IMG/VR virus record: IMGVR_UViG_3300025364_000002
Reading direction: 5' to 3' (one strand)
From: a virus
Taxonomy: Duplodnaviria > Heunggongvirae > Uroviricota > Caudoviricetes
DNA: 64,000 bases
Part shown: positions 27,917 to 35,089 of the stretch, in pieces
Layout of the letters: every line of letters begins with the position of its first letter
Position numbering within the stretch: the stretch's first letter is position 1
Made by a program: the position numbers and the translations under genes
The notes under the pieces: generated by a model
The model's input: only the letters and a program-made list of their open reading frames with translations
Database searches by the model: none
What the model was told of the DNA's origin: nothing

Positions 27917-28215
27917 TTATTGTGGTTTATAAATTGCTCCCACGAAATTCCATATTCGGCAAGCATTGGGGTTAATACTTCTTCAACAGTTGGGTGATAT
28001 GGAACTTTAATAGTTGAGCTAAAACTTATAGTCCAACAACAGTCTTCCAAATCACCATTGTGCCTATTTTGAGCTTCTATAAGAATATGTTCTCTTGCTA
28101 TATCCATAGAAACCCCTGCGGTTTCGGACCAAATATAGGTCGCAACAATCGCATGATCAAGAGCTTGTGTCCAATGCTTATACATCTTTTCCTGTTCTGA
28201 TGACAGAGTTGCCAC
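27907..28215 (-). CDS. hypothetical protein
   Basis: 102-aa ORF. Confidence 0.6.
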   Translation of the reverse strand: MATLSSEQEKMYKHWTQALDHAIVATYIWSETAGVSMDIAREHILIEAQNRHNGDLEDCCWTISFSSTIKVPYHPTVEEVLTPMLAEYGISWEQFINHNKLA

Positions 28216-28435
28216 CCCATTTTGATTGTTTGGTCAGTTTCTTCTTTTTTACCCGTCCATTTGGACATATGCAATAAGCTACAACGCCAATATCCTTACC
28301 ATTCCAAGAAGCATTCTGTGTTGTATTGACAATGCCTGAGTTGGCACAAAGGCCACACATGGGTATTTTACACTCAAGGTGATCAGCATAAGCATATACC
28401 GTGAATTCTTCCCATGCATCTATAGGTTTTCCCAT
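28178..28435 (-). CDS. hypothetical protein with Cys pairs
   Basis: CGLC...CIC; start at MGKPID with RBS GGAGA. Confidence 0.6.
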   Translation of the reverse strand: MGKPIDAWEEFTVYAYADHLECKIPMCGLCANSGIVNTTQNASWNGKDIGVVAYCICPNGRVKKKKLTKQSKWGGNSVIRTGKDV

Positions 28436-28446
28436 CAAAGTCTCCT

Positions 28447-28522
28447 TGGTTGCGGGGTTGTGTTGCACCAGACATGAGCAAGATTATGAGCTTTGCTTGA
28501 GACTGAGTCTCTCCTCCCCGCC
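28447..28522 (-). pseudogene. degenerate initiator-like tRNA-Met(CAT)
   Basis: GCGGGG...CCCCGCAACCA ends, loop CTCATAA, decayed D and T arms. Confidence 0.6.
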
Positions 28523-28682
28523 ATAACTTTTAATCAAATTTATGGGTGATCCAGATCGAATTTAAACCGTTGACGTGAAATTTTTCAAAATACATCCACC
28601 TGTCAGCAATGACTCCAAGGCGCTAGCCTGGTTTCTCGAAGACCTGCATGCTGGTACAGGCAGCCTTCCTTGGAATCATAAC

Positions 28683-28964
28683 CTATGCAGATTTTCTTTT
28701 AACTTGTTTTATCTTTTTTTCTACCCGACGAATTGCTTCTCGCCACAAAGGATGAATTTGTTTAGATTCATGAATTTCCTTTAAAAGGTTGCCTTCCTCA
28801 TCTTTAAAGGCGTAAACTTTTCCTTCCTTAGTAACTTGACGATCAACTGATTTCACACGTCTAAGCAGTTCTGTGATCATTTGTGTTACTTCTTCTGGCG
28901 TCAACTGAGCTTCTTTTGGAGCTAAGAATCTAATTCTTCTTGTAAGAGTTATCTTCGGTTCCAT
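28683..28964 (-). CDS. hypothetical protein
   Basis: 93-aa ORF preceded by ATATTTA. Confidence 0.65.
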   Translation of the reverse strand: MEPKITLTRRIRFLAPKEAQLTPEEVTQMITELLRRVKSVDRQVTKEGKVYAFKDEEGNLLKEIHESKQIHPLWREAIRRVEKKIKQVKRKSA

Positions 28965-28987
28965 CTAAGTAAATATCTTTGTTGATG

Positions 28988-29494
28988 TTATCTGCCGTGT
29001 CTGCGGTTACCCCTGCGTCGACCATTAAAACTTTCATCACAGTCCTCATCAACGTCTTCATCGAAGTCTTCGTCAACGTCTTCATCACAATCAAATCCAG
29101 CATCAAAACCCGAATCAAAGTGTTCGTCAAATCCAGAATCAGATAAAAGTTCTGAACCGCCATCATTCTCATTATTTGAGGCATCTAAAATTTTTGTTCC
29201 AGAGTCAGCAGAGCTGATACTTGCATCAGTATAGATGCTTGCATCAAAGCTGTATCCAGCATCTTCTACTTGCAAGTTTGCATCTTCAAAATCTGTAGAT
29301 GCAATTTCTCCAGAACAACTATCACTGCAACCTACAAGCAGAATAGCTATTGTATAACCATATGCATAATACTTCATTATATGACCTTTCGAGAAAAGTA
29401 TATTCTGTCTAACATTTTTAATTTGTCTGAAATTACAATCCACATAACACACTATTGAATTGCTTCTCCCCTTATTGAGACAATTGTTCATCAA
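28988..29494 (-). CDS. putative lipoprotein with acidic DAG/DSG repeats (likely start MKYYAY)
   Basis: LLVGC lipobox, repeated DAG/DAS/DSG, acidic tail. Confidence 0.6.
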   Translation of the reverse strand: MMNNCLNKGRSNSIVCYVDCNFRQIKNVRQNILFSKGHIMKYYAYGYTIAILLVGCSDSCSGEIASTDFEDANLQVEDAGYSFDASIYTDASISSADSGTKILDASNNENDGGSELLSDSGFDEHFDSGFDAGFDCDEDVDEDFDEDVDEDCDESFNGRRRGNRRHGR

Positions 29495-29711
29495 GACGAT
29501 GATGAGAAATTACACGTTCCACGTGAACCTTTTCCCCAAATTTCTCTTTAATATTGAAGATTGCATCTTCTGCTGCTTCGACATGAAGCACATTTTTTCC
29601 TACGCCAGTTAGTTCAACGTTTGAAGCAGGGGTCAAAAAATCAACGATTTCTGTGATCACCACCGTATTTCTAAATTCTGGTTTTATTGCAATAGTGTAC
29701 GTATTATTCAT
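29472..29711 (-). CDS. hypothetical protein
   Basis: Start at MNNTY after tRNA-Arg. Confidence 0.6.
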   Translation of the reverse strand: MNNTYTIAIKPEFRNTVVITEIVDFLTPASNVELTGVGKNVLHVEAAEDAIFNIKEKFGEKVHVERVISHHRLDEQLSQ

Positions 29712-29726
29712 TGTGAATTTCCTTAG

Positions 29727-29798
29727 CATCCCCGGAGAGACTCGAACTCCCAACCACCTGGTTCGAAGCCAGGTGCTCTTCCTTTGAGCTACGGGGAC
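29727..29798 (-). tRNA. tRNA-Arg(TCG)
   Basis: Canonical, G-CTA end. Confidence 0.93.
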
Positions 29799-29803
29799 AA
29801 ATG

Positions 29804-29884
29804 AGCACCGAACAGGATTCGAACCTGCAAACTTTGACCTAATTTCTCAAATCTCTGGACTTTACCAATTAAGCCTATACGGTG
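29804..29884 (-). pseudogene. tRNA-like RNA (Gln-type body) with altered, extended anticodon arm
   Basis: D and T arms recognisable; anticodon region TTTGA-GAAATTAGG-TCAAA. Confidence 0.55.
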
Positions 29885-29890
29885 ATTCAG

Positions 29891-29962
29891 CAGGCCGGGT
29901 AGGGGTCGAACCTACATCTTCTCGTTTTGGAGACGAGCATTTTTCCATTAAACTACCGACCT
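29891..29962 (-). tRNA. tRNA-Trp(CCA)
   Basis: Loop CTCCAAA, A1-U72, G73. Confidence 0.92.
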
Positions 29963-29973
29963 ATTTTTTGCTT

Positions 29974-30381
29974 TCAGAGTAATTTTTCTTTAATGCAGTT
30001 AAGTAAATCTTTTCCTTGTTGCTCAACTTCTTTCGAAAGAACTTTAGAATTTTCTGGTCGATGTCTGTGATCGAACCTTTTTGTTAGTTCCCAATAATAG
30101 TCCCTATCTTTCGGAGCATGTTGCTTTTGATATTGTTGTATTGTTTGATACTGTTGCATTATCTTCACGAGATCTACAGTAGCCTCATTCGTTATTGACT
30201 TCGGAACTAAATTGATAATTGCGTCTTGTACAAATTTGGCAGCAGATGAAGCACTATCGGCAGCAGCGGGTATTTCTAAAGTTGTTGGTATCACTTCCTC
30301 ATTCCCATTTTCGTCAACTTCAATAACTGCCGTCAAGATACGAATCTTGTATGTCTTGCCGTTTTTACTCTTTTTCTTCAT
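29974..30381 (-). CDS. hypothetical protein
   Basis: 135-aa ORF. Confidence 0.65.
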   Translation of the reverse strand: MKKKSKNGKTYKIRILTAVIEVDENGNEEVIPTTLEIPAAADSASSAAKFVQDAIINLVPKSITNEATVDLVKIMQQYQTIQQYQKQHAPKDRDYYWELTKRFDHRHRPENSKVLSKEVEQQGKDLLNCIKEKLL

Positions 30382-30814
30382 ACGTTTTTTCCATCATCAC
30401 TTTAATAGGCTGTTCCTCAGATATAACTTCATCCTTGGTGTGTCTAACAGTACCATCAGAAAGAATTATATACACAACACCTGGCTTTTTCCACATGTAC
30501 TTGATTGTTTCCCAGGTGCCAGAACCTTTTTGTAAAAGTTTGTCAGTTGGAGGCAATCCAATCAAAACATCAGAAACTTCTACCAAATACCGATTTCTAG
30601 CCATATGCCCTAAGTTGTATGGGGTTACGCCCGTAGAAGCTCCCAGGTCCGCCGCTAAAGCTCTAAACATTTTGTCGGCACCTTCGCCATCATTGTGAAT
30701 ACATAACAGCTTGTGGTTTTTTAGAAAATGAACAAGAAGCTCTTTGAGTTTTTCGATTTGAGCTTCTGTAAAACCTTCTCGTCTGCCAGTAAAACCTACC
30801 ACTAATCCTTCCAT
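30365..30814 (-). CDS. SLOG superfamily (DprA/YspA-like) protein
   Basis: VGFTGRREG, EGAD, MARNRYLV, GSGTWETIKY. Confidence 0.72.
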   Translation of the reverse strand: MEGLVVGFTGRREGFTEAQIEKLKELLVHFLKNHKLLCIHNDGEGADKMFRALAADLGASTGVTPYNLGHMARNRYLVEVSDVLIGLPPTDKLLQKGSGTWETIKYMWKKPGVVYIILSDGTVRHTKDEVISEEQPIKVMMEKTYEEKE

Positions 30815-30844
30815 TGGAACACCTTGCAACAAATAGTAATTTAG

Positions 30845-30969
30845 CGGTATCCACAGGAATCGAACCTGTCTTGTGAGTTGCCTCGTCAGGCACCGGTAGC
30901 GGTCCCACAATGTCTCCCAGCACGGCCGTAGCCATGAAAGCGCAATGTTAGCGCTTATTGACGAATACC
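30845..30969 (-). ncRNA. 125-nt tRNA-ended RNA with a multi-hairpin core
   Basis: Acceptor GGTATTC/GGATACC-G-CTA and canonical T arm; core has four hairpins and no D arm or anticodon. Confidence 0.8.
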
Positions 30970-30974
30970 ATATT

Positions 30975-31068
30975 TGGTAGGGCTAGAGGGGCTCGAACCC
31001 CCATCTCAGGTTTATCAGACCTTAAGCCGGTTATAAACCGGTTGCATTCACCATTATGCTATAGCCCC
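30975..31068 (-). tRNA. tRNA-Ile(TAT) with a second Ile(GAT)-like stem-loop as variable arm
   Basis: ACCGG-TTTATAA-CCGGC followed by AGGT-CTGATAA-ACCT; CCA encoded. Confidence 0.85.
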
Positions 31069-31072
31069 AAAT

Positions 31073-31220
31073 TTTGTCTGTAAAGGTACCGTTACCTTCA
31101 ATACCTACCCGCAATGGTAGGCCCCACGGGAACTTCCATCGCACGTATTATTCAAACCCAGCGTTTAGGCTGGTTGAATGAATAAACCCTTGAGTTCAGT
31201 CATTTTCGGTTACAGACAAA
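31073..31220 (-). ncRNA. structured ncRNA with 11-bp closing stem
   Basis: TTTGTCTGTAA/TTACAGACAAA enclosing at least four hairpins. Confidence 0.65.
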
Positions 31221-31242
31221 GCTCGTAATCCATCGAGCTTAG

Positions 31243-31316
31243 TGGAGTCATCGGGATTCGAGCCCGATTCTTCGGTTTGCAAGACCGAGATTTTACCCAA
31301 CATAAACTATGACCCC
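31243..31316 (-). tRNA. tRNA-Ala(TGC)
   Basis: G3-U70, loop CTTGCAA. Confidence 0.9.
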
Positions 31317-31322
31317 ATTTTA

Positions 31323-31411
31323 CGACACAACGACCGGGATTCGAACCCGGACTAGGAGCCTACTAAACGCAAATGCTGGGCCCCTGTGCTCCCATTACAC
31401 TATCGTGTGTC
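31323..31411 (-). ncRNA. tRNA-like RNA (Gln-type body) with 18-nt anticodon loop
   Basis: Canonical D and T arms, GGGGCC/GGCTCC stem enclosing CAGCATTTGCGTTTAGTA. Confidence 0.72.
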
Positions 31412-31530
31412 GGCTTTCGCCGACTTACTTCAACAAGGATACTCACTTCACTACTCTGAAGGCGCCCGACTTCGTGTTCCGCTGCATTACTAACTTGCAA
31501 GCCTGTCCAGGCCCTTCCCCTGGCTCATGG
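31412..31530 (-). ncRNA. putative structured RNA
   Basis: CCAGG/CCTGG hairpin and GTCGGC-GAAA-GCCGAC tetraloop in a GC-rich spacer. Confidence 0.4.
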
Positions 31531-31645
31531 TTTTTTAAGCCTTTGCGTTTGTTACTAACAAACTTTCATGCAGTATTGTGTCCGTTGGCGTTCCAACATT
31601 TCGATCCGTTTTCACCTGATTATTTCAGAAGGTTACTCGCAAAAT

Positions 31646-31963
31646 TTATCTTATTCTACATCTGACATTGGACCAACCATTCACAAATGGATTCCATAGG
31701 TCATTTGTATAGACGAAAACATATGCAACTCTTCCTGGGTATACAACGCCCCCAGCGTCTGACCAGAGACGATGCCCAGAACGAAGTTGGCCAATAACTC
31801 TGCCACGACAAACAATCGGGCGATCAAGACCATTGTAAATGGCACCTACGACTCTTCCAGAAGTTACTTCAACTCGAACATTTGCTTGCCACCAAGCATA
31901 AGCAGTAGTAGTGACAAAAAATAATAATAGTGCAGCAATTGCTGCTAATACAGCTTTTTTCAT
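31646..31963 (-). CDS. secreted hypothetical protein
   Basis: Signal peptide ending AYA. Confidence 0.7.
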   Translation of the reverse strand: MKKAVLAAIAALLLFFVTTTAYAWWQANVRVEVTSGRVVGAIYNGLDRPIVCRGRVIGQLRSGHRLWSDAGGVVYPGRVAYVFVYTNDLWNPFVNGWSNVRCRIR

Positions 31964-31984
31964 TATAGCCTCAATTTAGTTTAG

Positions 31985-32059
31985 TGCCCATGGAGGGAAT
32001 CGAACCCACATTCACCTAATTTTGAGTTAGGCTGCTTTGCCAGATTAGCATACACGGGC
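31985..32059 (-). tRNA. tRNA-Leu(CAA), short variable arm
   Basis: Loop CTCAAAA, A73. Confidence 0.88.
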
Positions 32060-32111
32060 ATCAATTTACAACATAATTTTTTGTCTTAAAGAAGAGTGTT
32101 GTTTATGTTAG

Positions 32112-32192
32112 CGGAGAGCAGCGGAATCGAACCGCCGTCGGTAGCTATCCGACGCCATCCCCAGGAGCGTTTCACTTCTCCCAAGACTCTCC
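32112..32192 (-). ncRNA. tRNA-Ser-like scaffold with rearranged D/anticodon region
   Basis: Ser acceptor GGAGAGT/GCTCTCC-G-CTA, T arm and GTCGG/CCGAC arm intact. Confidence 0.62.
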
Positions 32193-32195
32193 TAA

Positions 32196-32366
32196 TGGCC
32201 CATAAGGAATCGAACCTCACTCTCCTGGAAATAAGCTCCAGGCGACCGTCTCAGCAGTCTGCAGCGCATGTATGTCTTTCCGTACTGTCATCCTGTTTCT
32301 TCAGGCAATAACTTCTCATTCGGGGAAGTCCCTATTTCTACACGTTGACGTCATTATGCAGAACGG
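32196..32366 (-). ncRNA. structured RNA with 3' D-armless tRNA-like domain
   Basis: 5' domain closed by ACCGT/ACGGT, then CCTGGA/TCCAGG arm and GTGAGG-TTCGATT-CCTTAT T arm. Confidence 0.55.
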
Positions 32367-32370
32367 TTAG

Positions 32371-32453
32371 TACCGGCGACAGGATTTGAACCTGCACTCA
32401 CTTTCGTGAACTGGCTTCTAAGACCAGCATGTCTTCCATTCCATCACACCGGC
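32371..32453 (-). tRNA. tRNA-Leu(TAG)
   Basis: Canonical class II. Confidence 0.93.
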
Positions 32454-32458
32454 AAATA

Positions 32459-32594
32459 AAACGTCGGCGTTCACCATCGGACTCGTTGACTATCAGCTAG
32501 GCGAACTCACCTCTTGGCTTACACGTCACATATAAGGAGTTACCATTAATTTCCATCCCCATAATGGTGGAAATTGATTCAGGCTCCGACGTTT
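32459..32594 (-). ncRNA. structured ncRNA with 9-bp closing stem
   Basis: AAACGTCGG/CCGACGTTT and internal AATTTCCA/TGGAAATT. Confidence 0.6.
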
Positions 32595-32596
32595 AG

Positions 32597-32669
32597 TACA
32601 CGGTACAGGAATTGAACCTGTCTAAGCCATCTTGTAAGGATGGTGCCTCCCCAGCCGGACCCACCGTGC
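32597..32669 (-). tRNA. tRNA-Val(TAC)
   Basis: Loop CTTACAA. Confidence 0.88.
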
Positions 32670-32903
32670 TCATTTCTTACGCTCTGCTCTAAGAGCTTTA
32701 GTTTTTTTCAATGAAAGGTACATAAAATACAAGTTTAAAAAAACAACAATTAAAAGGGCTGTTCCGCTAAAAATTTGCCCTTGAGCTAATATCGTTACAC
32801 CAACCAGCAAACAAAATATAATGGACATACTATACCAGTAACACTTGCGACGTTCGTTTTCGATTTCAAGCTCAAGAACTCTGCTTTCTAAATCTAGACT
32901 CAT
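32670..32903 (-). CDS. small membrane protein
   Basis: Two hydrophobic segments. Confidence 0.65.
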   Translation of the reverse strand: MSLDLESRVLELEIENERRKCYWYSMSIIFCLLVGVTILAQGQIFSGTALLIVVFLNLYFMYLSLKKTKALRAERKK

Positions 32904-33099
32904 GCATTTCCTCTTTTAGGATTGATTCAATTGCCGTTAAACAATTTGGGCACCCAACAAGCCTACCAACCATTCTATTGTTGTTATACCAGTGATCTAT
33001 GCTAGTGAAATGAAACTCCTTTCGGATATCCTTGTCACAAAGTGATTTTCTTTTGTGTTCTTCATGATTTCTAGTAATATGACATTGCCATTCTTTCAT
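32872..33099 (-). CDS. hypothetical protein with Cys pairs
   Basis: 75-aa ORF with RBS AGGAAA. Confidence 0.6.
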   Translation of the reverse strand: MKEWQCHITRNHEEHKRKSLCDKDIRKEFHFTSIDHWYNNNRMVGRLVGCPNCLTAIESILKEEMHESRFRKQSS

Positions 33100-33112
33100 A
33101 TTTTTTCCTTAG

Positions 33113-33187
33113 AGCGGATAGAGGGATTCGAACCCTTCACCACCTGGTTGGAAGCCAGGCATGCTAGCCGTTAAACACCATACCCGC
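33113..33187 (-). tRNA. tRNA-Gly(TCC)
   Basis: Canonical. Confidence 0.93.
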
Positions 33188-33191
33188 ATCT

Positions 33192-33302
33192 TGAAAGTAA
33201 CCAACTTTCCATCACCTGGTGAGGGTGAGCCCGTTGAGCTTTTCGCATTACAGTGCTCGTACGAGAAACTTCATCTGTCATCAGGTTACCTAGGTAACCT
33301 GA
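33192..33302 (-). ncRNA. putative multi-hairpin RNA
   Basis: Long palindromic hairpin TCAGGTTACC/GGTAACCTGA plus three more hairpins. Confidence 0.45.
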
Positions 33303-33307
33303 TGGCG

Positions 33308-33385
33308 TGGGGTGTCCGACGAGACTTGAACTCGCACTCTCTCGGGTCACAACCGAGCGCTCTAACCAATTAAGCTACGGACACC
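33308..33385 (-). tRNA. tRNA-His(GTG)
   Basis: G-1:C73, CCA. Confidence 0.95.
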
Positions 33386-33391
33386 ATAATT

Positions 33392-33470
33392 TGGTCAGGG
33401 TAGCTGGATTCGAACCAGCGGCCTCCTGCGTCCGAGGCAGGCACTCTAAACCAGACTGAGCTATACCCTG
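33392..33470 (-). tRNA. tRNA-Pro(CGG)
   Basis: Canonical, CCA. Confidence 0.95.
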
Positions 33471-33479
33471 TTATGTTAG

Positions 33480-33553
33480 TCAGAGTGATAGGATTCGAAC
33501 CTACAGCCTCCCGGATCCAAACCGGGTACTCTTCCAGATTGAGCTACACTCTG
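33480..33553 (-). tRNA. tRNA-Pro(TGG)
   Basis: Canonical. Confidence 0.94.
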
Positions 33554-33562
33554 ATGATTATT

Positions 33563-33640
33563 TGGTCGGGATGGAGGGATTCGAACCCACGACCTCTGGT
33601 ACCCAAAACCAGCGCTCTACACAAGCTGAGCCACACCCCG
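33563..33640 (-). tRNA. tRNA-Pro(TGG)
   Basis: Canonical, CCA. Confidence 0.93.
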
Positions 33641-33641
33641 T

Positions 33642-33875
33642 TTATTCACAAAGCTCTGGCAGCTTTGCTCTAAGAAAGTTGTTGTACTTGTTGATTCTCT
33701 TTGCTAAGTTGTCGCTATATTCGAGCAAGGAAGTTAACTCCGCTCTAATCGTATCTTCATATAGATTATGAAACTTTCTTAAATCTTCGACGACTTCAGA
33801 TTGTTTCATCATCTGATTTACTTTTTCTTCAAGCGAGCCTTGAAGTTTCAGAGTTTTGTCTTTCTTGACAATCAT
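33642..33875 (-). CDS. hypothetical coiled-coil protein
   Basis: Start at MIVKK, downstream of tRNA-Asn. Confidence 0.6.
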   Translation of the reverse strand: MIVKKDKTLKLQGSLEEKVNQMMKQSEVVEDLRKFHNLYEDTIRAELTSLLEYSDNLAKRINKYNNFLRAKLPELCE

Positions 33876-33898
33876 ATCATACCGTTCACAGGATTTAG

Positions 33899-33982
33899 CT
33901 CCTGGGGTAGGAATCGAACCCACATACACCTTTCGGATCACCGGTTAACAGCCGGCCGCTTAAACCATTCAGCCACCCAGGA
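33899..33982 (-). tRNA. tRNA-Asn(GTT) with long variable arm
   Basis: U1-A72, G73, loop CTGTTAA, variable hairpin with GAAA loop. Confidence 0.88.
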
Positions 33983-34289
33983 AAAAAGAGCCTAAGGCTC
34001 AAATCGTTTTTTGAGAGAGAACTGTTACAATGTCTTTCGGAAAAGAACCTTGGCAGTGTCAAACGCAATATTTCGAGGTCTGGAAGAGAAACCCTATCTC
34101 CCAATCAACTAGTCACAATTCGTCTTATCCAATATGAAAGTCTCTTCGTTACGACTTGCGAGTTTTATTCGTTCGTATCTTCACGTCTTACGGGGTCTAG
34201 CCTGCGTTTTCGGGGTTTAGGCTCCTCAAAATTGAGGATATGAACTAGTCATCTGTACTTCCATCGGCCTACTTTTGTACAGCGAGTTT

Positions 34290-34365
34290 TGGAGCTACCT
34301 TCGAGAATCGAACTCGAATCTCACCCTTACCAAGGGCGTGTAATTGACCGTTATACTAAGGTAGC
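34290..34365 (-). tRNA. tRNA-Thr(GGT)
   Basis: Canonical, CCA. Confidence 0.93.
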
Positions 34366-34373
34366 AAACTTAG

Positions 34374-34445
34374 CAGGGAGAGAAGGACTTCCACCTTCAA
34401 CTTCCGGCTCAATACGCCGGGCTTTTGTCGTTAAGCTATCTCCCT
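34374..34445 (-). tRNA. atypical tRNA, anticodon ATT
   Basis: All four stems pair perfectly; loop GTATTGA, T loop TGGAAGT, D loop lacks GG. Confidence 0.55.
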
Positions 34446-34631
34446 ATAGTGGGCTTCAACTCTTATCTTTCGACAGCAAATGTTTTCTGTGCCATTCTAC
34501 GCAGCCACGGTAATAAGATAAACTTTGAAACCCAATGAAGTCCCTAACTTTACACGTGTCGTCAACTGCCAAATGACTTCAATTTACAGCGTTCTTTGGC
34601 ACGTATAAAGCACAAGATTTCTCTTGTTGAG

Positions 34632-34702
34632 AGCGGCTAGTGGGAGTCGAACCCACGCTCACAGCTTGGCAAGCTGTTGTACTACCGTAATACTTTAGCC
34701 GC
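34632..34702 (-). tRNA. tRNA-Gly(GCC)
   Basis: Canonical. Confidence 0.93.
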
Positions 34703-34727
34703 AAATCCCCAATATGGGGCGACACGT

Positions 34728-34931
34728 TCATTTACATATGTCAAACTTTTCTCTTTCTGTCCAAGGTCGGAAAGTAACCCAATATATCGGTTTACCTTTC
34801 TTATCGTATCCCACAGGTTCTTTAACCCAAACCGCAAACACATCATATTGTTTTAGATCGGCTGTGCAGTGACCAATTCTACCCTTTTCAAGGTAGAAAT
34901 CACTGTCAGGGTTACCGATATCCTCGGTCAA
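34728..34931 (-). CDS. hypothetical protein
   Basis: 67-aa ORF. Confidence 0.55.
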   Translation of the reverse strand: MTEDIGNPDSDFYLEKGRIGHCTADLKQYDVFAVWVKEPVGYDKKGKPIYWVTFRPWTEREKFDICK

Positions 34932-35012
34932 TTTTACCTAATGATTGAGGTATCCTTCATCTTCTATTTTCATATTTGCCTCCATTTGCAAAGTGCGCTC
35001 TTGGAGCCTTAG

Positions 35013-35086
35013 CAAGCTGTCTAGGACTCGAACCTAGAACATTTCCTTCGTAGGGAAGTATGATAATCCAATTTCACCAACAGCCC
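35013..35086 (-). tRNA. tRNA-Arg(ACG)
   Basis: Loop CTACGAA. Confidence 0.9.
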
Positions 35087-35089
35087 ATT

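Noticed and set aside
33192-33302. Possible hammerhead ribozyme (CTGATGA...GAAA on the minus strand)
   Set aside because: Stem III lacks the U16.1-H17 cleavage triplet and stem I cannot close next to the core.
34449-34512. Possible additional tRNA remnant (GTGG...CCCAC)
   Set aside because: The arms could not be assigned convincingly.
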